Below, piece after piece: positions 47,801 through 55,956 of a stretch of 64,000 bases of DNA; position 1 is the first letter of the stretch; each line of letters starts with the position of its first letter. Source of the DNA: a virus; IMG/VR virus record IMGVR_UViG_3300049855_000348, positions 1 through 64,000 of that record, one strand, 5' to 3'. Both the position numbers and the translations under genes were made by a program. The notes under the pieces were generated by a model. That model made no database searches and was not told the origin of the DNA. It was given only the letters and a program-made list of their open reading frames with translations.

Positions 47801-48601
47801 GAGAAGGCAACGTGGGGCGCAGACAAGAAGACAATCTTCCTTCCGTTCACCACCGTCAAAGGTGTGAAGGATGAAACCGCTCTGGCAATCCCTAGACTCG
47901 CTCAGGGCTGCACCACCGTTCTCGATTTCATGCTCAAGGCTCGGAAGGATCCGGCGATCAAGAAGAATCATCTGATCGACCTCGCTCGCATCGGCGGCTT
48001 CGATGGTATGGACAATGTTCCGCGCCTCAAAACGGTTGCTGCGATCACTTACTGTCTTGCTCGTGTGACGGCTAAACAAAGCGATCAGATCTTCACCGAG
48101 TTCTGGAATCAGGCTCTGGCATTCACGTGCCTTGGCGAGATCACCAACGAACGAAAGTCACAGATCGAAGTGGAGGTGTTCGGTTCGTTCATCAACGAGT
48201 CACCACTCGACCGTATGCTGCCATGGCTCCACGAGAACGGCTGGCAACCCATGTCCCAGATCGTGCCAGAGAAGGATCAGGAATTCCCGGTGTTCTTCCT
48301 CACCACCGGTGTGACGAAGAAGGTCCACAAGACCGGCAACAGCAAGGGTAAGGAATGGCTCAAGCTGACATGCTGGGATGGTGAGGGCGTCTGCGAACTC
48401 AACATCTGGGCTCATGACCTCCAGGGAACTCCCGAGGAGGGCATCGTCGGCTACCACGGAATCATCAAGCCGAACCAAGTCTATTTGGCCATCATCCAAG
48501 CCGACGGGGAGCGCCCGGTCTCCTTGGCTCGACGCAAGGTCTACAACGCACGGGTTCCTGAGATCCGGACGACATTGGCGATCAAAAACCTGGGTAGCTA
48601 G
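44846..48601 (+). CDS. dnaE: DNA polymerase III alpha subunit (DnaE-type)
   Basis: The PHP N-terminus is MPTLSLHSHTVYSQRDS. GSGGGCLVMFLLGIIRVNPVKYGLYFERFLNP and FNKAHSLSYSLFSYGQAWFKHYYP match conserved Pol IIIa motifs. The ATG at 44846 is preferred over the track's GTG at 44837. Confidence 0.9.
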   Translation: MPTLSLHSHTVYSQRDSIVKPDAIATKIKANGGTHYAVTDHGTAQGWLAVRDACKKAKLIPIYGVELYVNDFILVFKEIQRLRDAAPKKEAPQVVLQAIRDKILPLMSPAQATYFTSNLDDPKDPVATAKQLMMRLGYGYEHLVAVAVTAQGRENLIRLHNKGQTDGNYFKPQVTTDQCLAAAEGIIWTTACMGGPIAKRFRYDPTGQEALNYLNRWQAHKANFYLEVQPLDLLDQRRNNKRLIAVSKVTGFPLVLSQDNHHLNEEDWVAHRALMLSQNDRTIEQIEETYAYQGSLFTFTELKRKLGVSTTWQAQEIIENEKIEVRIPAGHHYGDVKLHWRTNDDVRKQCETTNPELMPIIDECFATTDRLCQEIKEIPWSTKHRLTHYDDARAQALAICHQRLKDLGFDRETVNDGTVVVTEGEKPSEIKAKYLAWLEKEDKVITACGFWDYIWTLYRVTKAVQDEGIPVGYARGSGGGCLVMFLLGIIRVNPVKYGLYFERFLNPARLGLDPKTLKRVKEMASCPDADLDFSSISRKRVIEITEQMFGKEFVVPVGTVGEAKLKTAMADLCRVLKITQATYMPVSKELPEDINGVMTFEDAMKVPAFAEFIAKHELLSKLLAPLIGVIRSTGQHAGGVCIADVPVANAVPVIRAGAKDGGNIVTGFGESGAERALESIGFVKFDFLATDTVDHVSLCARSLYEEHLANGGQPWVKPGEILLYPEQIPHFTENDPNVMKAIFHTGNTDGIFQMEEQIGKQMVQLVKPDTVDEISDISTMIRPGCLQAHCTWFTNATGAVENKVGSGLHFAYAARKFERELNPPPDLPQEILEVLKPTHYCCIYQEQMMFLIEIVTGGKMSLGEGDIYRRAVEHSAKGVPAAIETLAKMEGEMKAAGAYSPDIVETVCTIIKGGAAYSFNKAHSLSYSLFSYGQAWFKHYYPHIFLASHVSLLAAKNKLEKAHKIINNGRSMGIEIKAPHVLHSKEKATWGADKKTIFLPFTTVKGVKDETALAIPRLAQGCTTVLDFMLKARKDPAIKKNHLIDLARIGGFDGMDNVPRLKTVAAITYCLARVTAKQSDQIFTEFWNQALAFTCLGEITNERKSQIEVEVFGSFINESPLDRMLPWLHENGWQPMSQIVPEKDQEFPVFFLTTGVTKKVHKTGNSKGKEWLKLTCWDGEGVCELNIWAHDLQGTPEEGIVGYHGIIKPNQVYLAIIQADGERPVSLARRKVYNARVPEIRTTLAIKNLGS

Positions 48602-48602
48602 G
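48595..48602 (+). promoter_or_regulatory. TAGCTAGG variant of the class II box
   Basis: ggTAGCTAGGccATG, ending at the start at 48605. It contains the dnaE TAG stop. Confidence 0.35.
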
Positions 48603-48604
48603 CC

Positions 48605-48877
48605 ATGGGATTACCAGCCGCTCGCATCGGTGACACCTACGCCATGCACACCGACATGATCCTCACCGGATCACCGAACGTGTTGGTCAACGGCAGGGGT
48701 ATTCACCGGGTGATGGACATCTTCATGTGTCCGATCGTTGGCATCGGCATGACCGTTATGGGTTCGCAGACGGTCAAAGTGAACAACCAGTTTGCCGCCC
48801 GGGTGATGGGGGTCGGTATCTGTGCCGGCCAAAACCTCATTGCTACAGGGAGCCAAGACGTATCAATCGGAGGTTGA
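48605..48877 (+). CDS. PAAR-domain spike-tip protein
   Basis: 90 aa. AARIGD...GSPNVLVNGRGIHRVMD...GSQTVKVNN..AARV matches the PAAR repeat pattern. The stop is the TGA inside the next TTGACT. Confidence 0.75.
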   Translation: MGLPAARIGDTYAMHTDMILTGSPNVLVNGRGIHRVMDIFMCPIVGIGMTVMGSQTVKVNNQFAARVMGVGICAGQNLIATGSQDVSIGG

Positions 48878-48901
48878 CTTAGACCAGTTGGTCGCTATAC
48901 T
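48874..48901 (+). promoter_or_regulatory. class I promoter with leaderless geometry onto a GTG
   Basis: TTGACTTAGACcagttgGTCGCTATACT followed by ctgggcGTG. The GTG at 48908 is 7 nt after the -10. Confidence 0.75.
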
Positions 48902-48907
48902 CTGGGC

Positions 48908-49423
48908 GTGCTAAGATTCCACCCCATGATTGATCGAGCCATCGATCGCTTCGCCTTGGATGAGGAGTCCATTCATGGTCCTGCCCACTGGGCACGGGTC
49001 CTTGAAAACGGGATGCGAATCGCCCCCTTCACCGGTGGCGACAAGATTGTGGTGGGACTCTTCGCCATCTTCCATGACTGCTGCCGCCAGAATGACGGCA
49101 CAGACATCTACCACGGTCCCCGGGCTGCCAAGTGGGTAGCCGACATGGAGGACCTGGGTCTCGACCGGCATCAGAAGCTCGACCTGATCAAGGCGCTGGC
49201 AGGGCACACCAACAGCCTGCACACGCCCAATGTGACGGTTGCCACCTGCTGGGATGCGGATCGCCTGGACATCAGTCGCTGCGGCTTTCAGATCAACCCC
49301 ATGTTCCTGACCACGGATGCAGCCAAGAATCCCGACGTGATCGCCTGGGCTCAGAAGCGGGGCGAGTACGGTGAGGTCCCCAAGTTCGCCAACCCCTACG
49401 TTTTCAAAGGGAGCACCCCATGA
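48908..49423 (+). CDS. HD-domain metal-dependent phosphohydrolase
   Basis: HGPAHWARV...FAIFHDCCR...HG...CWDADRLD gives an H..HD..D pattern. An alternative ATG lies at 48926. Confidence 0.6.
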   Translation: MLRFHPMIDRAIDRFALDEESIHGPAHWARVLENGMRIAPFTGGDKIVVGLFAIFHDCCRQNDGTDIYHGPRAAKWVADMEDLGLDRHQKLDLIKALAGHTNSLHTPNVTVATCWDADRLDISRCGFQINPMFLTTDAAKNPDVIAWAQKRGEYGEVPKFANPYVFKGSTP

Positions 49424-49779
49424 GCTATAGCAACACCAACAGCGAGGGTACCAATTCGCTGGGCAACCTGCTGACCTACCTGATCACCGGCGTGGTGCTG
49501 GTCTACATCTGGAACGGCTTGGTCTGGCTCTTCTTCCGCCACTTCGGCTGGGGTTACGTGCCGATCAACCTCTGGACGCCCTTCCTCGGCTGGGTGATGC
49601 TGGTGGCCTTCGCTGCCCCCTCCCTCTTCGCCTTCCATGCCACCCTGATGCCCGATGCCATCGTAGGCTCCAGCAACCCTGCGACCTACTACGCTCACCC
49701 CAATGCATGGCTCTGGTCCTTCCTGACGGTACCCCTGATGCTGCTCTTCCTGCGGGCGTTTCCTAAAACCGATGAATGA
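49420..49779 (+). CDS. membrane protein (about 3 TM segments)
   Basis: 119 aa, hydrophobic, with an ATGA overlap. Confidence 0.55.
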   Translation: MSYSNTNSEGTNSLGNLLTYLITGVVLVYIWNGLVWLFFRHFGWGYVPINLWTPFLGWVMLVAFAAPSLFAFHATLMPDAIVGSSNPATYYAHPNAWLWSFLTVPLMLLFLRAFPKTDE

Positions 49780-49782
49780 CCA

Positions 49783-49790
49783 CTAGATCA
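49783..49790 (+). promoter_or_regulatory. CTAGATCA variant of the class II box
   Basis: caCTAGATCAgggtATG, ending at the start at 49795. Confidence 0.3.
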
Positions 49791-49794
49791 GGGT

Positions 49795-50148
49795 ATGAAT
49801 AACCAAGAGACCCTTCGTCACGACCCCAGCCTGGGTGAAGTCGATCCCCGCACCTATCATCTGGTTGGGTGCGTTCGCTTTGTCTGTGAGAAGATCGGCA
49901 GCAACGACCGCATCGCCCAGGCCAACCGGCTCATCTACGCCGTCGACAAGGCATGCGAGGCGTCAGGGGAGACCCGGGTAAGGGTCCACCTGACTTCGAC
50001 CCCTGGAATCGATCCCAAGGTCTCTGTGGAGGTCCGGATCCAGCCTCTGACCACCTCCGAGAAGGATGAGAAAGCCCTGTTCGAGAAGGTGGCCAAATTG
50101 TGGCCCGAGGTGCTGGCCAAGGGTGTTGGCCGTTGGGTAGCCGCCTAA
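49795..50148 (+). CDS. hypothetical protein
   Basis: 117-aa ORF. Confidence 0.55.
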   Translation: MNNQETLRHDPSLGEVDPRTYHLVGCVRFVCEKIGSNDRIAQANRLIYAVDKACEASGETRVRVHLTSTPGIDPKVSVEVRIQPLTTSEKDEKALFEKVAKLWPEVLAKGVGRWVAA

Positions 50149-50161
50149 GCCTCTGCCGGCG

Positions 50162-50169
50162 CTAGATAA
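50162..50169 (+). promoter_or_regulatory. CTAGATAA start-proximal box (class II motif)
   Basis: gCTAGATAAgcgcATG, ending at the start at 50174. Confidence 0.45.
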
Positions 50170-50173
50170 GCGC

Positions 50174-51796
50174 ATGGCTCTGGAAAACCCTCTCCACCGG
50201 ATCGACACGGCGAATATCGAGACCGAAGCCCCTGCCATCCCGTGGCAGAAGAGGGACTTCGACGGATATTCCCTCCGAAACGTACACGAACGGGCATTGG
50301 CAGATCGTGATGTGTGGTTGCTCGGTCTGATCAAGACCGTCAAGGATCACGGCGGGGCAAATGTCAGCCCACAGTTCCCGTTCACCGAGACGGCCACCAT
50401 GAAGCCGTCGCAGGCGGTGGCGCTCGACAACGTCGGCGACGTGATGGCCGGCTTCACCGTTGACCCGGCACCCCTCAAGCTCAGTACCAGCTTCCTGGCT
50501 GATCTCAAGTTGATCCTCAGCAACGAGTTCCGTGAGCCTTACATCTCAACGATGGTGCTGCGCAAGGCACTCGACACGAACACCTCCCTGGTGCAGATCT
50601 TCGTCGATCTGGAGATCAGCGCACGCTACACCGGTGACCAGCAGGACCACGTGATCCTGGCTCTCACCGGCAAAGCCTTCAACGACGTGCAGGACAACAC
50701 GAATCCGTCCTCCCGTGATGACATCGCTCTGACGTTGACCCCGCAGACCGTTGATGGTCGTGAATGGCTCAACTCCGGCGTCGTCCGCTTCGCCTTCATC
50801 GGCTCGGTTCAGAGTTCGCTCTCCACCTCATGGTCGGTTGGTCTCTACAACAACGCCATGGTCGAAGGCTTCTCGACGCTGCCGACGCTGGAACGCATCA
50901 CCTTCGCCTTCACCCGCCCGGCGACCGAACTGACGGAACTGGCCTACAACCTTCTCGGCGATCTTCAGAGCGCGGTGCCGTTCCTCGACAAGATCAAGAA
51001 CTACCCGTTCGACATCGGTGCGACGGCAGGTCAGATCCTCGCCAAGTACATCCTCGACATCAATGTCTCCGGCCCACCGGTTGCGCCGGTCTACATCAAG
51101 CGCATTCGTATCGATGGCAGCAATTACATTTTCCTGCTGGCCTACAACGAATACGATTCGCTCGGCAACTACCTCGGCACGGTGAACATCGGTGTCGCCA
51201 CGCTGACACCAACCTCGGCCAACAAGATCACTGTGTCGTCTCTGGGCTCGAACCGTGTTGCCGGCGTCTCGCCGACATGGCTCGATGAAGTCCCCACCAC
51301 CGGCACGACTGACAACTACGGCAACGGCACGCTGAAGGTAAAGTCGTACGCCGACATGGCATCGCTCTTTGCCGAACTCATCTCTGCGCCGGTGACCGTC
51401 GGAAGTCCAAGCCCAATCGATGTGAGCCCAGTCTCCCCTGAGCCGATCGTCGGTCTCTATGCTGATCCGACCATGATCGAAATGGTTGAGAGCAACAGCT
51501 ACCTCGACTCGTTGGCGCTCGACATCCAGGGAACACCAGTGTCGGTTTACAACCGGCCACTCAGTTCTTCCCATACGTCACCGAACGTTCAGGTCTCCAT
51601 CGGCGGTGTGCTGGTCAATCGCCGCACTTGCTACGGTCAAGAAGCCCTGATGCGTGACTTCTATGGCATCGCCTCGTCTGAGTCGCTGATCGACAACCCG
51701 AAGATCCCGTTGGAAGATCAATGGTATGACACCACATCAGCAACGCTGAAGGTGTACCAGTTCATCCAAGGTAAGCGTCGGTGGAGGACCCTGTGA
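50174..51796 (+). CDS. hypothetical virion structural protein (540 aa)
   Basis: Large ORF heading the co-oriented structural block. Confidence 0.6.
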   Translation: MALENPLHRIDTANIETEAPAIPWQKRDFDGYSLRNVHERALADRDVWLLGLIKTVKDHGGANVSPQFPFTETATMKPSQAVALDNVGDVMAGFTVDPAPLKLSTSFLADLKLILSNEFREPYISTMVLRKALDTNTSLVQIFVDLEISARYTGDQQDHVILALTGKAFNDVQDNTNPSSRDDIALTLTPQTVDGREWLNSGVVRFAFIGSVQSSLSTSWSVGLYNNAMVEGFSTLPTLERITFAFTRPATELTELAYNLLGDLQSAVPFLDKIKNYPFDIGATAGQILAKYILDINVSGPPVAPVYIKRIRIDGSNYIFLLAYNEYDSLGNYLGTVNIGVATLTPTSANKITVSSLGSNRVAGVSPTWLDEVPTTGTTDNYGNGTLKVKSYADMASLFAELISAPVTVGSPSPIDVSPVSPEPIVGLYADPTMIEMVESNSYLDSLALDIQGTPVSVYNRPLSSSHTSPNVQVSIGGVLVNRRTCYGQEALMRDFYGIASSESLIDNPKIPLEDQWYDTTSATLKVYQFIQGKRRWRTL

Positions 51797-52761
51797 GCGA
51801 TCTGAGTTCCCTACCGGAAGTCACCCCGCTGTCTTGTCAGCGGGAACTGTCTTTCACCGAGTTCAACCGCGTCATCAGTGAACTGATGGAGCGTGACCGT
51901 GTTCTCGAAGAAGCCGTGCTCGCCTTCACTGACGAGGCATTCCTTCAGAACACCGTCAAGATGCTTCAGGCCACCGAGATCATCCTTGGATCAGATCTGA
52001 TGCAGTCTGTCATCACTGCTGGCATTCTGCCGGTGGGTGTCGACAGCTACGAGAACTTCCAGGCCGATGTGAAGCAGCGTCTGGCCAATCTCGAATTGGA
52101 GACCACGGTCACCACCGGTGATCAGGCTCCACGTTCACTGAAGAGTGTGGTCGACGGACTGGTTACTACCACACAAGCCTTTGCCACTGAGCTTGCCACC
52201 TTCGCCACTCAGCTTGAAGAGATCAAGTCGCTGACTTCTGACATCGCCGAAGTGAAGGCGACGATGGACAGTCTGGATCGTCGTGTCACCGATCTCGAAT
52301 CGTTGACGGCTGATATCGCTGACGAACTTCGCAACGCTCGCAAGGAACTGGCTACCGATCCGAGCAAGCGTCTGGTCGACAAGATCGACGCCATGGATTC
52401 GGTCAGCCGTGCTCTGCGGCAGCGTGTGGATTCTCTCACCAAGGAGATCACCGACGCCCGTTCAGCAGATCGCTACGACACCCTAGCCCAACACATCGGT
52501 GCCATCGAGTCGAACGTCGAAGCACTCCAGGAAACCCTGGAGCGCATCAAGGGCAAGGGTGCGGTCTCCGGCATCAAGGCTGGCCGCTCGATCCTGCATG
52601 GTGATGTTGAACTCATCCCAGGCAGCAACATCAGCATCACCCGTGAGCGCAATGGATTCCGCTTCGATGTCGTTGAGATCGGCACTGTGGTCGACCTCGG
52701 TGCTCCAAGCATCGACCCGAACAACTGCTGTGGACCGGGCCGCCCGACCTTCGGGAACTGA
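51793..52761 (+). CDS. hypothetical structural protein with a central coiled coil
   Basis: The GTG at 51793 overlaps the upstream TGA (GTGA). An alternative GTG lies at 51781. Confidence 0.55.
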   Translation: MSDLSSLPEVTPLSCQRELSFTEFNRVISELMERDRVLEEAVLAFTDEAFLQNTVKMLQATEIILGSDLMQSVITAGILPVGVDSYENFQADVKQRLANLELETTVTTGDQAPRSLKSVVDGLVTTTQAFATELATFATQLEEIKSLTSDIAEVKATMDSLDRRVTDLESLTADIADELRNARKELATDPSKRLVDKIDAMDSVSRALRQRVDSLTKEITDARSADRYDTLAQHIGAIESNVEALQETLERIKGKGAVSGIKAGRSILHGDVELIPGSNISITRERNGFRFDVVEIGTVVDLGAPSIDPNNCCGPGRPTFGN

Positions 52762-52764
52762 TCT

Positions 52765-53856
52765 GTGCGCTTCCATCCGCAGGTGGCCAGGATCCTGAAG
52801 GAAGCCGTCGGTGAGACCAAACTCCCCGTCAAGGTCTACGCACCGAATCCAACCAGTGCTCGTGGCTTCTTCCCTGAACGCAATCACCCCAACCTGAGCA
52901 TCGAGTTCAAGCCGGTTGGCGGTGGTAAGCACATCGAGCTTGGTTCCGGTCGTGCCACCCACGTGCAGTATTCTGGTGAGCACTTCGGAGGCACTTCCAA
53001 CCAAGCCGAGTACGCCACCAAGAAGCGGTGCTTGATCATCTCAGCCATCGGCTCGAACTCTGGTGGCCGATACACGGCTGTGGCCCTCGATTACATCTCC
53101 AAGAACGGCGGCAAGCTGATGGGCGAAGGGTACTTCTCCTGGCAGGGCCAGCGGGCCAGCGGTGGTACCAACGACGAGATCATCGACCGCTTCTTCGCTA
53201 AGATGAACAGCCTGTTCGGGCTGCTCAACCATCGCATCCCAAATCGTAAGGCGGATGCTGACCTGTTCCGTGCTGCCGGTCTGGAGGTCGAGGAACAGCC
53301 CGCAGAGGCGATTCCAGACATCATCAAGGATCACCCCACCCTACTGCCAGCCACGAAGGTCCTGACGGCTCTGGGAGCCAAGCTGGACACTCCTCCTGGT
53401 ATCACCTTCGAGATCACCAAGATCCCGACTGACTTGGGCCACCAGCACGTCATCCAGAAGGCTCTGGATGACCTGAAGGATGCCAAGCTGCTCGACTACG
53501 ATCTGGCCTACCAGGGGCCGAAGATCTCGAAGATCACGATCATGAGGGAAGGTGTTGACTTAGACCGTAAGGTCGCTATAATCGAGAGCATGAGAAACCG
53601 CGACATTATCGCCACCGCCAACAAGGGAAAATACGGTAACGGTCTCAGGATCGTCTGTCAGGGCATCACCTTCGTGACGATCGAGGCGACCGATGGTAGC
53701 GGCTCGATCGCGGTGGCCGAGGGTGAGAAGGAGTTCTCGCTCTGCGACTACGAGAAGGGCGAGTTGGTCGACAAGATCCGCACGTTGGCCGGCAAGGTCA
53801 CTCGTCAGGGTATCACCGAGACTATCCGCGAGTACGCCAAGCCCATCAACGGGTGA
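52765..53856 (+). CDS. hypothetical structural protein; contains an in-frame class I promoter copy
   Basis: 363-aa ORF with a GTG start. The promoter is translated as ...GVDLDRKVAII... Confidence 0.55.
   Translation: MRFHPQVARILKEAVGETKLPVKVYAPNPTSARGFFPERNHPNLSIEFKPVGGGKHIELGSGRATHVQYSGEHFGGTSNQAEYATKKRCLIISAIGSNSGGRYTAVALDYISKNGGKLMGEGYFSWQGQRASGGTNDEIIDRFFAKMNSLFGLLNHRIPNRKADADLFRAAGLEVEEQPAEAIPDIIKDHPTLLPATKVLTALGAKLDTPPGITFEITKIPTDLGHQHVIQKALDDLKDAKLLDYDLAYQGPKISKITIMREGVDLDRKVAIIESMRNRDIIATANKGKYGNGLRIVCQGITFVTIEATDGSGSIAVAEGEKEFSLCDYEKGELVDKIRTLAGKVTRQGITETIREYAKPING
53555..53582 (+). promoter_or_regulatory. class I promoter embedded in frame within a coding sequence
   Basis: TTGACTTAGACcgtaagGTCGCTATAAT. 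The in-frame ATG at 53590 is 8 nt after the -10. Confidence 0.6.
53590..53856 (+). CDS. possible nested 88-aa product (C-terminal part of 52765..53856) from the internal promoter
   Basis: The in-frame ATG lies at leaderless distance from the embedded promoter. Confidence 0.35.
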   Translation: MRNRDIIATANKGKYGNGLRIVCQGITFVTIEATDGSGSIAVAEGEKEFSLCDYEKGELVDKIRTLAGKVTRQGITETIREYAKPING

Positions 53857-53859
53857 GCC

Positions 53860-54177
53860 ATGCAACAGGTCGTCGAAGTTCTTCCAGACGAGTCGATCCC
53901 GGTGACCGAGTGGGAGAGGGCGTTGGAAGGTTTCAACAGCTACCAGCAGGCTGAGATCCGAAATGCCATGGCCTACCATTCGCGGCTTGGCTGGTCACCC
54001 AAGTTGATCCAGCGTGACCGTCCAGGCAAGCCGAGCACCTTCGCGCTTCGTTCTGGCAGTTCGGCGACGCCAACAGACAAGCCTTTCGAGGTGCCGTTCG
54101 AGTTCTCGATCTGCAACGTCTGCCATACCGCTACCTGCGAGCACAAGGAAGGAAGACCGGACTGGCCTGCTAGATAA
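53860..54177 (+). CDS. hypothetical protein
   Basis: 105-aa ORF. Its TAA stop lies inside the next CTAGATAA box. Confidence 0.55.
   Translation: MQQVVEVLPDESIPVTEWERALEGFNSYQQAEIRNAMAYHSRLGWSPKLIQRDRPGKPSTFALRSGSSATPTDKPFEVPFEFSICNVCHTATCEHKEGRPDWPAR
54170..54177 (+). promoter_or_regulatory. CTAGATAA start-proximal box (class II motif)
   Basis: ctgCTAGATAAgccATG, ending at the start at 54181. Confidence 0.45.
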
Positions 54178-54180
54178 GCC

Positions 54181-55956
54181 ATGATCAGGGATCTCTACCA
54201 AAAGCTCACCGAAGAGGACAAGAAGGACTCTCCGAAGAAGAAGACTGATCGTCCTGAGAAGGAAGAGCCAGTTCTCATCATCAAGTTGGTTGATGGCAAG
54301 AAGATCCGTGACGGTGTCTGTGTCGATTTCATCGGTGGTGGTCACAACCTCGCCTATCCCGACATCATCCCCAAGGGTGAGATCTGGATCGAACAGGATC
54401 TGTCACCGGAAGAGCAGACCGACATCCTGGTGCATGAACTCGTCGAATTCGCGCTCATGTCGAAGGCCGACATGACCTACACGCCGGCCCACACCTTCGC
54501 CAACAAGATGGAGAAGGTGTTCCGTGGCTTCGAGGGTCGCTGGAAGATCCGTGGTGCTCCGGAGGCCGGTGAGGCGATCGTCAAGGGCAAGGAGAAGGCG
54601 GAGGTAGAAGAGAAGGAGAAGAAGGTCGCCGAGTCTCTGATCAACGAGACCTACACCAATGGTCTGATCTACTTTCTCAAGTACCTCGAAGCCGGCATCG
54701 ACGTGTACGACTTCGCTCATGAACTTGAAGCCTTCTTCGAGTCCAAGGGAATGGACCATCCGGAAACCTATGATCCCGATGAGCCATTCGAGTTCTTGGA
54801 GTCGAAAGAGTTTGAGTCATTGAAACCGAAGTTCCAGAAATACCTCGAAGAGAACATTCGTGCTGATGATGCTGCGTTGCCGACTTACCTCTACCTCGAC
54901 AGCGCCAAGCTGGTCCCACGCAACACGTGGTTGGTCCACTTCTCTGATGACGCTGATGACATTGCCACCAGTGGCTTCACCTATGGTGCTGAAGACTACA
55001 CCAAGATCGGCCTGACTACTCACTTCAGCGACAAGGTCCGCAAGAAGGGTCCTGGTTGGAACTTCGCCTTCAAGCTGGACAGTCGGTATTCAACTCGTGC
55101 AGCGGACAGTGGAAAATACGGCAAGCATGCCGTTCTCTTCCAGTGCGCTGGCGTTGAAGCTCATCATAGTGGTGACAGCGAAGATCAAGTCGTCTTCTGG
55201 GGTCCTGCTGCACACAATCGTTACCTGCTGATGAAGGATGGCGAAGGTAATTGGTGCGTTCGTCATGCACGCACGCACCGTGTTCTCTTTCAATCGGAAG
55301 AGTTCGATGATGTCGCTGTCTGGGTAACAAAGAACGAACATCAGTACCGCAAGGTCATCACCAACGACCTGCCGCAGAAACCAATCTTCCCGACGCCGGT
55401 CAAAGACCGTGCTCGGATGCAAGCCAAGCCTTCGGTACCGATGCCGAAGTCGATTCAAGAAGCCAAGAAGTGGGACACCAAAGGTGGACGCTTCATCACT
55501 CCAGAAGAAAAGAATGACAAAAAGAAAAAGCGCCCGTCCTACAAAATCTACAAGGGCATCCCGACCAATCCGCCGCAGGCTATTCAAGTAGCACAGGGCA
55601 TCTCCGAGAGCGAAGAGAACCAGTCACTGCTGGTGATCGTCAACAAGTATGCCTCGAACAAGCATCCTGATGACCATGTGCCAGAGGACTACGACTGGGC
55701 TCGTGACAAGGCGTTCAACGTCAGCAGCCTGGAGCACATGATGCCCGGTGGCATAGCTGGCTGGAAGTCTTGGCTCGCCGATGAGGTGAAAGGTGTTCCA
55801 GGTCAGTGGGACAAGCTCGCCACGACAAAGAAGATCGATGACCCAGTCATCATCTCCCCAGGCCACATCTGGGATGGCTGGCATCGCATCGCTGCTGCCA
55901 TCGTCAATGGACACGCAACCATTCCGGCGATCGTAGGAAGACTCCATGCTCGGTAA
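54181..55956 (+). CDS. large hypothetical protein with a C-terminal ParB/sulfiredoxin-like nuclease-fold motif
   Basis: 591 aa. The C-terminus reads ...IWDGWHRIAAAIVNGHATIPAIVG, a DGxHR...IP pattern. Confidence 0.5.
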   Translation: MIRDLYQKLTEEDKKDSPKKKTDRPEKEEPVLIIKLVDGKKIRDGVCVDFIGGGHNLAYPDIIPKGEIWIEQDLSPEEQTDILVHELVEFALMSKADMTYTPAHTFANKMEKVFRGFEGRWKIRGAPEAGEAIVKGKEKAEVEEKEKKVAESLINETYTNGLIYFLKYLEAGIDVYDFAHELEAFFESKGMDHPETYDPDEPFEFLESKEFESLKPKFQKYLEENIRADDAALPTYLYLDSAKLVPRNTWLVHFSDDADDIATSGFTYGAEDYTKIGLTTHFSDKVRKKGPGWNFAFKLDSRYSTRAADSGKYGKHAVLFQCAGVEAHHSGDSEDQVVFWGPAAHNRYLLMKDGEGNWCVRHARTHRVLFQSEEFDDVAVWVTKNEHQYRKVITNDLPQKPIFPTPVKDRARMQAKPSVPMPKSIQEAKKWDTKGGRFITPEEKNDKKKKRPSYKIYKGIPTNPPQAIQVAQGISESEENQSLLVIVNKYASNKHPDDHVPEDYDWARDKAFNVSSLEHMMPGGIAGWKSWLADEVKGVPGQWDKLATTKKIDDPVIISPGHIWDGWHRIAAAIVNGHATIPAIVGRLHAR

